Position numbers and translations under genes: made by a program. A DNA stretch of 64,000 bases from positions 1 through 64,000 of the forward strand of contig QPGO01000126.1 in NCBI GenBank assembly GCA_008632985.1. Reading direction: 5' to 3'. Shown here one piece after another: positions 12,701 through 22,029 of this stretch. How positions within the stretch are numbered: the first letter of the stretch is position 1; each line of letters begins with the position of its first letter. This DNA is from Psammoneis japonica (taxonomy: Eukaryota). The notes beneath the pieces are model-generated. The model did not search any database. It worked only from the letters and a program-made list of their open reading frames with translations, and was not told the origin of the DNA.

Positions 12701-15599
12701 GTTGAGGACTCGAACAAAAATCGTTCACCTGCTTGGACGTGTCGTCGACATGTCCTCCGTTGAACATCTGCAGCGAGAGGGAGTGATCTGGGGACTCGAA
12801 AAATGCACCATGTGCCCATTGATCGAAGATCTGGAACAGACTGTTGCAAATTTGGTTCCAGCAAAATGGAGAGTTTCCACTGCCCTGTCCTGTTCCGCAA
12901 ATGGGGAAGTCATCAGAGTGAGAACAAGAAGTCAGTGACAGGCCCAGCACTGTTCGCAACCAGCAGCAAGCCTTGTGAACAGTGGCGCCAGCGACTTGAG
13001 TGACTTCTTTGGGCATGCCATTGCTGCGGCTCTCAATTGCAACCAGAGCGGGAATGTTCCGATCGCAACACGATGTGCAATCATCATCGCTGTGAATGGC
13101 AGATTTTCGGGAGGCACGGCTGATCTCGAGCATGAGTTCTTCAAGGCACACAGGAGTGTTGGCATTTAAGAAGGCGCGAGTGCCGTAGATCCCCGAGTTG
13201 TGTGATTGGCGGTGTTCCATGTTTTGGGCCAGAGTGCGCCACTTGACGCTCGAGATTAATTGAAAGTCAGCTTCGTAGATGTGGATGACACGGAGCCGAT
13301 GCATCTTGTTGTTGCCTGGCTCTTTAAAGATCATCACATTGACAACATCTTGCCAGCGGTGAAAGGAGCATCCCCAACGAAGGGCACAGTTAAGCAGATT
13401 CAACCTGATTTGAATGAGGGATTGTTGAACTTCATCGAGGGCCTCACGTTCAGGGGTGGGATTGCCTTCGGAATCAGTTGCATCTGAGAACCGATGAGGA
13501 GCATGCATTGCTTTCCAATGACCTGGGTGGAGGCCGGAGCAAATGGACGTGGAGGTGGATTCTTTCCAACGTTTTATTTTTCCTTCGAGATCTGATGCAG
13601 ACAGAAGATTCGGTGCAGAGACTGGGGAACGGTGACGCAAGTGGTTGATGAAAAGGGCAGTTGCTTCGTTCAAAGCCGACGTGTCACACTCACCATCAAG
13701 AACAAGATCCGCCATGACAGTGTCACCTTCACAGCCTGGGTCCATGGATGACGGAGGTGCCGTTGGAGGGGTGCCTTGTGCCTGACCGAAGTGTTTTTGA
13801 TTGCGTTGACGGAGAGCAGTGGCTGCCTCTTCCGGAGCGTCAACAGTGGTCCAATCTTGACATTCTTTGGGAGGAATGGAAGGATTGCTGGGAACTTGGA
13901 CACTCTGAATGCCTGTGTCCCTCTGAGTGTGGCATGAGTCAATCTTCCTGAACAGCTTTTTCATCTCTTCTGCCTTGCGGATGTTGCGCAAGACAGTTGC
14001 CTGTTTACGTGACTCCTCAGTGCCTTCCAGATCGAGTGCGGCTGTCCTCTCGGAAACTTCCCTTTCGCGGTGTGCGACACTGTCAGCCGCCAATCGCTTG
14101 CAATCGTCTTGAGCAGCGCGTGGCGCCTCTTGACAACCTTGTGAAGTGTCGGGGACAGTGAAGGATCCACTCAGTTTGTCTCGCATTGCTCGAATCTGTG
14201 ATGCACAGTCCAATTTTGTCCTCATCATGGATGCGAGGTGGGAAAAGACACACACCCGGTACCTCAGGTCTGAAAGTTCAACCGACCAGTCGGGTTCGCG
14301 ATGAGTTCGGCATTTCTTGGCAGCAGAAAGAGAGAACTGCAGGAGATCACGGTCCAACCGTTCAGCCAGAGCATGATCTGGAGCATCAAGTTCCAGTGGC
14401 TGGAAAGAGTGTTGCAACACCGAACGACTCTGAATCATTGGGCCGATTGCCTGTAGACAAGAGGTGAGCTGTGGTTTAGACGTAGCCTGAATGTCCCTGA
14501 AGGATGCCTTGGGCAAATTGACAGTCGGGTTGCCGAAAAGAGCTGCGGTGTCAAAGTCCACGAAGTGAGCACAATGATCAGAAGTGACTCGATGTCCAAA
14601 GGCTTCACATCCACCGAAGCGAGCTGCAGCAAGAGCGCCAGGAGAGGCTGGTGCGCAGTCAAGACGCCGGGAACCTCTGGCACATGTGGAGAACTCAGTG
14701 TCGCCCATGATGTTAAACAGGACGTCAGACAAATTGAAGCGCTGGGCAACGGCAGCCAAAGAGTCAGTGTCACAGGTGAAATCAGTGTCAAAGTCCCCAA
14801 AAATGATGACTTCTCGATTGGAATCCGCCAGAAAATCCTGCAAGACTCGGGATGAGTCTGTACAAAACGCCTTCCTGGGATCGAGTGACCGGCGCCCCAA
14901 TTGCCGGAGGAGGGCCAATTGTTGAGCGTACGCCGTTGTCTTCCCTGGGTGTTGTTGGTTCTTGGCGCAAACTCGACAGCAAGAGACAAACACAACTTGG
15001 CGTCCATTCCCACCGTCGAAGACTTGAATTGACCACCTGCCGAGTGGGTCGGATTCTTGAGTCCGGAAGCGAGCAGAAATCGAATTGCATGACAACAAGG
15101 CCGTTCCACCCGGTTTGCATTGCATTGCAAAGGTGGTGGAACTGCTTGAAAAGGCAGACCGCCCATGATGTAAAGACTTGGAAACAGCAGATCCACACAC
15201 GGACAAAATGTCGAATTGGGTGGTGTCGAGGCACACCTCCGAGATGCCAATGACATCGGCTTGAATTTCGGAGGCGAGTTGACAGCACTCGTTCACATCA
15301 CCGCCACGCTTGTCGAATTTACAACCGTTGGCATTGAAGGCGTAAAGGCGCGCATGGTGAGAAAGCTTGGGCCGGAGTTCGTCGCCCACAGGTGCGTTGG
15401 TCTTCAGTCGAGAAAAATCCATCCGACGATCTGTGGGAGGGTGGTGACTGCGTCCGTCTAGGATGTTCTGCCAAGCAAGAGCTGGATCTTCAGCAGAAGG
15501 CGAACGACTCATTGTTGGGCCATGCTCCTCCGAAGAGAAGACTGAGGCTTGGAGCACTGCATTGACTTGGTGTTGGTTTGGAAGGAAAAACTCCGGCAT
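9759..15599 (-). CDS. Retrotransposon ORF2: APE endonuclease, reverse transcriptase, RNase H and C-terminal Cys/His knuckle; probably non-functional
   Basis: APE: N.NG, ISE, GDF, RLD, SDH. RT: KEPGN.K.HRLRVIHIYEAD, SCCDR, GTGQGSGNSP, GHVDD. RNase H: ASDGS, RAEA, CDN, KGHQD, N.HAD. Knuckle: CIHC..EDRDHILRC. The reading frame continues past the TGA at 9759 to about 9670. Confidence 0.9.
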   Translation of the reverse strand: MPEFFLPNQHQVNAVLQASVFSSEEHGPTMSRSPSAEDPALAWQNILDGRSHHPPTDRRMDFSRLKTNAPVGDELRPKLSHHARLYAFNANGCKFDKRGGDVNECCQLASEIQADVIGISEVCLDTTQFDILSVCGSAVSKSLHHGRSAFSSSSTTFAMQCKPGGTALLSCNSISARFRTQESDPLGRWSIQVFDGGNGRQVVFVSCCRVCAKNQQHPGKTTAYAQQLALLRQLGRRSLDPRKAFCTDSSRVLQDFLADSNREVIIFGDFDTDFTCDTDSLAAVAQRFNLSDVLFNIMGDTEFSTCARGSRRLDCAPASPGALAAARFGGCEAFGHRVTSDHCAHFVDFDTAALFGNPTVNLPKASFRDIQATSKPQLTSCLQAIGPMIQSRSVLQHSFQPLELDAPDHALAERLDRDLLQFSLSAAKKCRTHREPDWSVELSDLRYRVCVFSHLASMMRTKLDCASQIRAMRDKLSGSFTVPDTSQGCQEAPRAAQDDCKRLAADSVAHREREVSERTAALDLEGTEESRKQATVLRNIRKAEEMKKLFRKIDSCHTQRDTGIQSVQVPSNPSIPPKECQDWTTVDAPEEAATALRQRNQKHFGQAQGTPPTAPPSSMDPGCEGDTVMADLVLDGECDTSALNEATALFINHLRHRSPVSAPNLLSASDLEGKIKRWKESTSTSICSGLHPGHWKAMHAPHRFSDATDSEGNPTPEREALDEVQQSLIQIRLNLLNCALRWGCSFHRWQDVVNVMIFKEPGNNKMHRLRVIHIYEADFQLISSVKWRTLAQNMEHRQSHNSGIYGTRAFLNANTPVCLEELMLEISRASRKSAIHSDDDCTSCCDRNIPALVAIESRSNGMPKEVTQVAGATVHKACCWLRTVLGLSLTSCSHSDDFPICGTGQGSGNSPFCWNQICNSLFQIFDQWAHGAFFESPDHSLSLQMFNGGHVDDTSKQVNDFCSSPQPCILDLAFKMQEDDQLWCDLLSAAGHELELPKCSFHAVEWMFAEDGEPCLRPHNEDIDIEISSADRATTGSSKQLSACSSHTTLGHCKAPAGTQKTQHSALKQKSDGIALFLWSCPLDRHESWTHHFACHLSATTHVLPNTHFKEKELLEVQRKAMRAIFAKCGCNRNSKRDVLFGPHSLGGGCFRSLDVEQGAVQVLQFLTHWRGSGQPQVLSRIAASWIQLQLGAGVSFLQDVHAKLPHSESKWFMSLRSFLARIDATIDCDHAGVLPLQRDNDQCIMDVVLQSQAFSNREMRWVNCCRLYPNVLTPSDVASPDGFSLDPFKVNGRSFLLSSRSTLNPIEQQRPSARAWKQWRRACSLFCKPDSLDLRHPLGQWVVPATEMRMTHVAHYESSEDCLCVRGDSGFEIFPVHQGCAETLAALENVPDLSPAASPVPVDTTTTGLWRIKSFGSPASLPTVPPVPSDFLAVLRSLPRWESALFEELHLHRSVFEIAELLVTHKVSAASDGSVLHFKGALGWTIAIDGVPLVDCAGPVFGFRPSSCRAEACGLLSFLRFLIRLSDCCSTQVSGADLHCDNSALIRTISNFQVIPHPADEEEIQGDFHWRFHIANALSPDWDIVNEVFHSPRQLSETRTDELSCPTVEIHWAKGHQDDVLPIDSLSQAAKLNMHADRLAGQFQGRFTGDTLAAPRMPHCRANLLLQGATVSSKCKPVVRCQASSPALVQHMKEKHGWSDEVCASIDWDVHSKLMSRNIRRKVSTVKLVQDLLPTNKIAHRCNPTRPDCCIHCQDPMEDRDHILRCPHDEAWHRKFLQGLRKKCDDIHMSPSLRDLTILAIEAWFRGELLHSEQFHHSVVPAFHSQGEMGWRQLFDGRFSVQWNATQTSHLSSSGICRTLSDQQKRLDWAATIGNFMWEQWWDLWDAHNDAVHGHDSETRMSSQRRDAEAEVKAICSRTDDCLARDKALLLDSAEEHLSHSAHWI

Positions 15600-15624
15600 C
15601 GTGAAGTCCGACGGAAAATTGATG

Positions 15625-17365
15625 TCAGCGCAAGTGGTGAGTGGGGCGAGGAAACAATGTCAGGAGGTCGCCTGATTTCTTGAGGGGGTGGAGGCGGCGA
15701 AGTCCAACCCCTGCCCAAAAATCCGTCTCCCGTTCTTTGTGGTCGCCAGGGCGTTCAGGAGTTTCCATGTTGTTGGGGCGTTTTCTGGCTGAACTCTGAA
15801 CAGGTTGGTTTGCTTGAAGCAGTTGAACAATTTGGTTCATTTGTTCCTGCACTGCAGCCAACTGTTGGGAATGCTGAAACTGCATGGTGGCCATGTCCTG
15901 GGAGTGTTGTTTGGTGTGCTGACGCAAGGGAAGAACTTGTAGACGACTGAGTCGCTTGAGCGTGCGAATGCAGAGGGGACGAGATTCCTGGGCATCCAGA
16001 ACATCCGTGAGGAGTTGCCTGGAAGGAGGGCCTGGGGGCGAAGATTTGCGGAGGGACTGACGGGCTTGGAGAGTGGCCTCGACCAGGGGTGCCACCACGA
16101 CCATGGCCTCTGCCCGCGAACTGTGCCGGAGGAGGAGGACGGTTTGACCTCGAGGCCTGGGTGTCCGTCAATGGAGATGCGTCTGAGAAGGTCAGGGACT
16201 CCAAACTGCGGATGCTCGCAGACACTGTGGATTCACTGGCTTTGGACTGCTCGTCAAGCACACCAGACATGTGAGGTTGATCGGGAAATGGAGGAGACGG
16301 CCAAGATTCTTTGGGGACATTTGGAATTTGATCCATGATGCATGTAGAGATGCCAGCACGGGAAGCTTTGAAATCCGTACGTTTGACCAACACATTGCAC
16401 CGACCAGGGGTGGCACTAGACTTGCAGATCTCTTTCACTCCGGAGATGGCCCTGATGTGGTTTTCCAAATAAAACATCACATCCGGGGAGGTGCACAACA
16501 GCGGAACCACACAAGCATCATGATTGCGACAAGCTTGGAGTTTGACGGCGTTATAGAAGGTGAGTGGCGACATGTGCCGTGTCTTCGCCATGACAATGTG
16601 TGTCGGCAGCTTGTTGGAGGCGCACAGCAAGGTTTTTCCTGCAGTGCGGCAATCGTCTTGTTGCACTTCGATGGCATGAGTGACGGTGCAAAGGGGAGGA
16701 GCCAATTGATCGTTGTCGGCACGAATGGAGGCAGGTGCGAGACGAAATTTCGGCATCTTGGACTTGAATTCGCCCAGATCTTTTGCAAACAACTTGGCAG
16801 CTTCGTCGATCGGAGCATGCTTGGATGGGGCAGCGACACAATGTGCCGGAGTCGCCGTGTCGATCACTGACTCATTCCAGCAGTGGCGCTTCAAACCCAT
16901 GTTGTTTGAGTCTAAAATGCTCTGAACATGAGGATGAGAATGGATCTCTCGAAGGGGGACTTTGGTTAAAATGCGGTGGCACAGGCGGTGGACGACAGGG
17001 CGTTTTTCTCCACTGCGAGTCGCAGAAATCGTGAAGTGATGTTCGTGCTGAAGGGTTGCAATCCATTCTGCAATGTTGACATTGGTGATCTGGTTGTTGT
17101 GGTTGTCCAGGATCTGAACATCGTTGTGACACGTGAACAGGATTTGTTGCAAAACTTGAAGATGAGCGGTGGCAAGGGTCATTGGCTTGCACGTCGCCTC
17201 CGGGCCACGAATGTCAACGCGCAGGGTGATCTCCACACAGGGAGGCTCTTTCGGTTTAGAAGAAGGTTTGTTGGATGCGTGATCAACAGTGATGTCGTCC
17301 GCCATGTTGATGTCGTTGTCATCATTGGGGGTGTGGCTGCCGTCAGCGACGGAACGAGACGCCAT
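15625..17365 (-). CDS. Retrotransposon ORF1 (probable frameshift near 16.0 kb)
   Basis: Long ORF directly upstream of ORF2 on the same strand; GRG-rich segment and a Gln-rich coiled coil in the overlapping 15625-16104 frame. Confidence 0.65.
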
Positions 17366-17449
17366 GGTGTGTCGGCAGTTCTGCGGAGAGCGTGGTGCTA
17401 AAAACACGCAGGCATGTTCAGTGCAAGCAATCGCAGAATTGTCAACAAC

Positions 17450-19700
17450 CATGCCTCAGAAGAGGTTGGGGCAGCGGTGCTTCTTGTTGAGCAGTGTTGG
17501 CAATGACATCGTCCCTGCAAAACATGCGCCATCATGTGAGGGAGTCTGGCACACTGGAAGGGTGCACCACAAGCAGCAACATCCCAGTGCACTGCTGCCA
17601 GTTGAAGGGAGTGGCAAAGTTGGGATCATTTTTGTTGCAGAGAAAACTGGCACCATTGAGTGCACTGCAGCCAACAGAATGTGGGGTGTGGGAGGTTCTG
17701 TGATTGGCCCTGGGAAGCCAGGTCTGGCAGATCTGCTTTCAGCTTCTGTGGCAAAATGTGGAAGGGCTTGGCAATTTGATGGTCCAACACTCTTGATGGA
17801 GCAACCTTTGTGAGAGTCTCTGACTCCATGGTGCAACACAGGCAGCTGGAAGGGACAAGACAGTGGGGCAAGTGTTCTCATGGTTTGCATGCTTGGATTT
17901 TGATCAAATGCCTGTGGAGTGCATTGCCATGGATGTGCTTCAATGTTTGGTTGCCATGTGAGCTGGATGGCCCCAGCTGTCAGTGACCATGATGATGCAG
18001 TCAAGAAACCACTGCATCTGAGCTTGGGGAATCATCACACATGAGTGTCAGAATGAACACCTGAGAAGGCCCTCACTTGGTTTGGGTGATGGTCAGTCTG
18101 CAAGGTGCTCTTGAGCTGGCAGATGCACCTGAGGATCTGGATCATGATTGTTTCTTTGAAAAGTTTTGGAGCTGAGATCCTGCAACAGCTCAGTGCCAGG
18201 GTGGTTTCTTGGCCCAAATGGCAGTGGACAAAATCATCAATGTGGGCCTCTGCTGCTTGACAGTTGAAGTTTGCTGGTGGGCAACATTCAATTTAAGAGA
18301 GTGTTTTTGAGCACTTGCAGATGGCAGGCTCATTTTTGGTCATTCAAGCTCCACTGCACTGCTTCTGTGAAAAGCCATGTTGTGTTGTCTAACTTGGAAT
18401 CTTCTGAAGAGAAGAAGATGGGAAAGGGGTTCACACTCTCTGTGTGTTGGCTTTGACAAAGAAACAGAGTTTTTCAGTCCTTGTTTTTATGTGGTGGTTG
18501 CCATGATGCAAGAAGCATGGTTTGGTGCACACAGCTGCATGGCGTTGTTTTGACAACATTGTGACAAATTCAAAGGCATTTTTGCAGCATGGGCATTTTT
18601 GAAGTGGCAATGCTTGGGTCTTTGCCTGATCAATTTCCAGTGCTGATTGAACAGCCCACATGTTTCAAGAGACAAAAAGCCATGTTGCCACCCCCAAGCA
18701 GCTTTTGCAGATGGAAATGAGAGACAAGAGGAGCAGCAATGATGATGACAGTGGTGGCCACAAAACAACAGCAGTGGCAGCGGCAACAATGATGACAATG
18801 GCAATGTGAACAAGAGTGGCAACAGCAATTGCAGCAATGGCAACAATGCCAGCTCTGAGCAACTTGCATTTCAAGAGACAAAAATCCATGTTGTGAGGGC
18901 TTGAGCAGCTTTTGCTGGCAGAAAAACAAGAGACAAAAATGGCAGCAATGACAAAAGCAGCAGCAAGGGCTGCAATGCTGGCAACAGCAACAACAACAAT
19001 GGCAACAGCAGCAAGCTGAGGCACAGCTGCGCCACACTCATTTGATCTCCAGACACCCCAGCCACCAGGAGACCACTGTTTTCCTCTGTGGCTCATGAAG
19101 CGGCAACCCAAGGGTTGCTTTCACACATGCCTCTCATGTGCTGGCATGCATGGGCATGAGGCAGAGACTCTCCATTTGGAACTTGCTCGACACAGATTGT
19201 GCTTGTCAGGCAGCTCCAAAACATCACGCTGCTTCATTTCTCAAACATGCAAAACACTTCATTGCCAAATTTGTGCACATGACTCCTGAAAATGCCACCA
19301 ACAAACATTGCGATCAACGTCACTTTTCGCAACCACCGCCAGCTCTGCGATTTCTGTGCCAGGCTTTTGTGTGGATTTCTGCGTGAGCATGGCTCCTCAG
19401 CATCATGGTTGTTGAAGCAATTGCAGAACCAGCTGACAGCTGGAAAGACAATTTGACTTCCTAAATTTTTTTCACTGGAAACTTCGTGCGTGCAACACGC
19501 ATCATCACCAAAAATCGGCAACATGACGGTGTTGCATTGTCGTGACAACAGCAACAACAGCAACATGTCCTCAGATGTTTGAGCATTGCAGACATTTGTT
19601 TTGGTGCGTTTAGGAACGGTTTCAGTCATGAAAGCCCCCGTGAGAAACCTCCGTTTGAAAGCAAAACGGCAACCAACACCGAGCTCTGTTTTTTTTTCCC
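17450..19700. other. Heavily mutated, low-complexity repeat relic (TpA and CpG depleted)
   Basis: No TA found by eye between about 18490 and 19460; GCA/ACA-rich runs; internal duplication tttcaagagacaaaaa at about 18663 and 18869. Confidence 0.6.
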
Positions 19701-20024
19701 GACCACTGTTTGATGCGTTCGATTGTCAAACGATCAAGAGTTTGTCCGGGGGACTTTCTTGACATGTGTGTGTTCCAAACAGTGCAATTGATTCATTTGT
19801 CAAGTGTCCATTGCACAGGCGTCCCCTCAGAGCATCTGAAAAGTGTCGTCATCGTCACAGTGCGTTGCATCGCGCAAATCGCAAAAATTGCACGACCGTC
19901 GACTGTCCGACATTGCAATGCTGCGCGCGACTTCTGCGCACACCTTTCCGATGATTGTTCGCATCCCGCCCAGAGCATCGAAGATCCACCAACATCTCAC
20001 TTGCTTCACAATCATTGAAAGACA

Positions 20025-21395
20025 ATGACGGACTCCAGTTTGACGTTCCAGTTGATCTACAGTGACGGATTCAGTGGCAATTCGAAAGAGTTGCTCTGGG
20101 AATTTTACTCTCTCGCTCTTGCTCCATTCGCTTTCGGTGCTCCTGCCGAGCAAGTCCAACTGTTTCTCGACAATGGGCTCCTTGACTTCTCTGACGATGT
20201 CCTTGACAATGGCGTTCGAACTGTGGGGAGTGGCAGCATCGAAACCCTGCCATGTTTCCCGGAATCTCATGAACAGCATTTCAGAACGGTCCACGGTGCC
20301 GCAAGGATCGTGGAGGATGCAAAGAGTCTTCCCTCCTGTTCATTTAGAATTGTGTCGGGCCATGGCTTCAGTGGGTTCGCTGGTGGTCATGTTCAGTTTG
20401 GAACAAGCATTTGCCATTTTGCCAATTTTGGATCAGCAGCACCCCATTTGACAATTCTCGACATGTGCAATTCCGCACATGCGCTTGCTTCCTTCATGGG
20501 AAATTTCCCACTGGAGAATCCGCGGCGTTTCAACAGCAAACACAGGGCAAAACATGTCTTTGTCAAGGACCCAAATCTTCCCGTCGCTTGCGATTCGAAC
20601 CCACACGTTTGCGCCTTTAGGATCGGGGTTGTTGGACAACACCTCAAAGAACACTTTATCTTAAACGATGACGTGCCGGGCATGTCTCTTCCTGTGGGGG
20701 ACTCCGTCACGTCCAGTGCAATTGCTGCAGTTGGTGAACATGTGCAACAACCCATTGACCGTTGTCACTCATTGGACGATTTGTTCATCGCCAAGTGCAG
20801 TGACAACCTCAAAACGGTTTGTCTCGCGTCAGATCACACACTCAAGCCATTCTGTAATCTCCAAAAGCTCCAGCAGCTTGTTGATGAACACAAGATCCAG
20901 ATCAACACGACGGTTTTCGATTGTGAAATGTTCAATCGACAAAACGAATGGTTCCTGACCTTTGAGCTGGCTGTGAACCTCTCTGTTGACCAGGAAGACA
21001 TGGCCAAGGACATTGTCGATTTCATCATTTCATGGATTGTCTCATGGCACAACAAACACCCCAATTCTGATGTGGAGTCTCTGGAGGCACAGGATGCCTG
21101 GACGAAGCTTGCCCGAATGATGGGCCCCCATCAGCAAATGCTGACTCATGTCCACATTGGACAGAATGAAACAACCCAACAAACATGTGCATCTGCCGAA
21201 GATGAAGGCATTGAGGTTGAATCATGGGTGTTGTCTTGCGAGTCGCTGACTGGCTGCATCGGCCCCGTGAGTCGGAAGATTGAAGCGGGCAGTTTTGAGC
21301 CATTTGTGGAAGAAGACGATGATGTCAAGGAGAAGAACAAATCCCTTGCCAGTCAAAAGTCTGGTGACTCAGGTGTTGTTCCTGCTCTTGTTTGA
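20025..21395 (+). CDS. Hypothetical protein with a possible clan CD (caspase/CHAT-like) His-Cys dyad; TpA-hypermutated
   Basis: 456-aa ORF; IVSGHG and LTILDMCNSA motifs; very few Tyr. Confidence 0.45.
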   Translation: MTDSSLTFQLIYSDGFSGNSKELLWEFYSLALAPFAFGAPAEQVQLFLDNGLLDFSDDVLDNGVRTVGSGSIETLPCFPESHEQHFRTVHGAARIVEDAKSLPSCSFRIVSGHGFSGFAGGHVQFGTSICHFANFGSAAPHLTILDMCNSAHALASFMGNFPLENPRRFNSKHRAKHVFVKDPNLPVACDSNPHVCAFRIGVVGQHLKEHFILNDDVPGMSLPVGDSVTSSAIAAVGEHVQQPIDRCHSLDDLFIAKCSDNLKTVCLASDHTLKPFCNLQKLQQLVDEHKIQINTTVFDCEMFNRQNEWFLTFELAVNLSVDQEDMAKDIVDFIISWIVSWHNKHPNSDVESLEAQDAWTKLARMMGPHQQMLTHVHIGQNETTQQTCASAEDEGIEVESWVLSCESLTGCIGPVSRKIEAGSFEPFVEEDDDVKEKNKSLASQKSGDSGVVPALV

Positions 21396-22029
21396 TGTGG
21401 CGCCAGGGCCAAAAGCGATTTGACCATCAGACCGCAACGTGGGTGTCTGACACTGCGAGAAATCTGAAATGAATTCATTCCAATGAGAGCTGTCAGCACT
21501 CAATTGCATTGTTTCCATGGTCAATGCAAACAAAACACAAGTGCTTCAATGTGCTTTTAAACATCCCAGCTGTTTGGAAAGCCATTGTCCATCTGCTGTG
21601 TAGATCAGCATTTCTGTGCAAGATTCGGCACATGAATTCTGCGTGAGAAAACATTTCTTCTGACATCATTCTCATCATGTCATCAAGGCTCCCTGTTTCA
21701 CACCTGCAAGCCCCAAATGTCCCTCTTTTCACTTGCTGGCTTGCCAAGCTTGCTGTTCTGAGCAGTGACCTGATTGCTGTTGTTCCAGTGCTTGCAAGTG
21801 TGCAACCTGGTCAGCAGCTGGTGAAGACAAGATCCACATCCTTGGAAGCAAGATTTTCTCCCACAGATCTTGCGCCACCAACATCACATCCTGTTTTGAA
21901 TGTCGTGATCATGTTCTTTGCTGTCATGGTGTGCATGTTTTGCATTCTTTCCAAAGGAAAGCAATGACCTCCTTCCAGTGCAGCCCAATTTAGACCAGTT
22001 GTCTCCAGCGGGCATCGCTGCAAAGTGGA

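Larger units (their letters stand above)
9480..17450 (-). mobile_element. Near full-length non-LTR retrotransposon (Ambal-like), TpA-hypermutated
   Basis: ORF1 followed by ORF2 with APE, RT and RNase H; short tandem duplication gcttgtgattcatcttg at about 9485-9520 near the presumed 3' end; boundaries approximate. Confidence 0.8.

Noticed and set aside
9759..15599. Alternative genetic code (TGY/CAY read as Tyr) to explain the missing tyrosines
   Set aside because: Neighbouring host genes use TAY normally, and the same changes occur in non-coding DNA and in Leu/Val/Ile codons.
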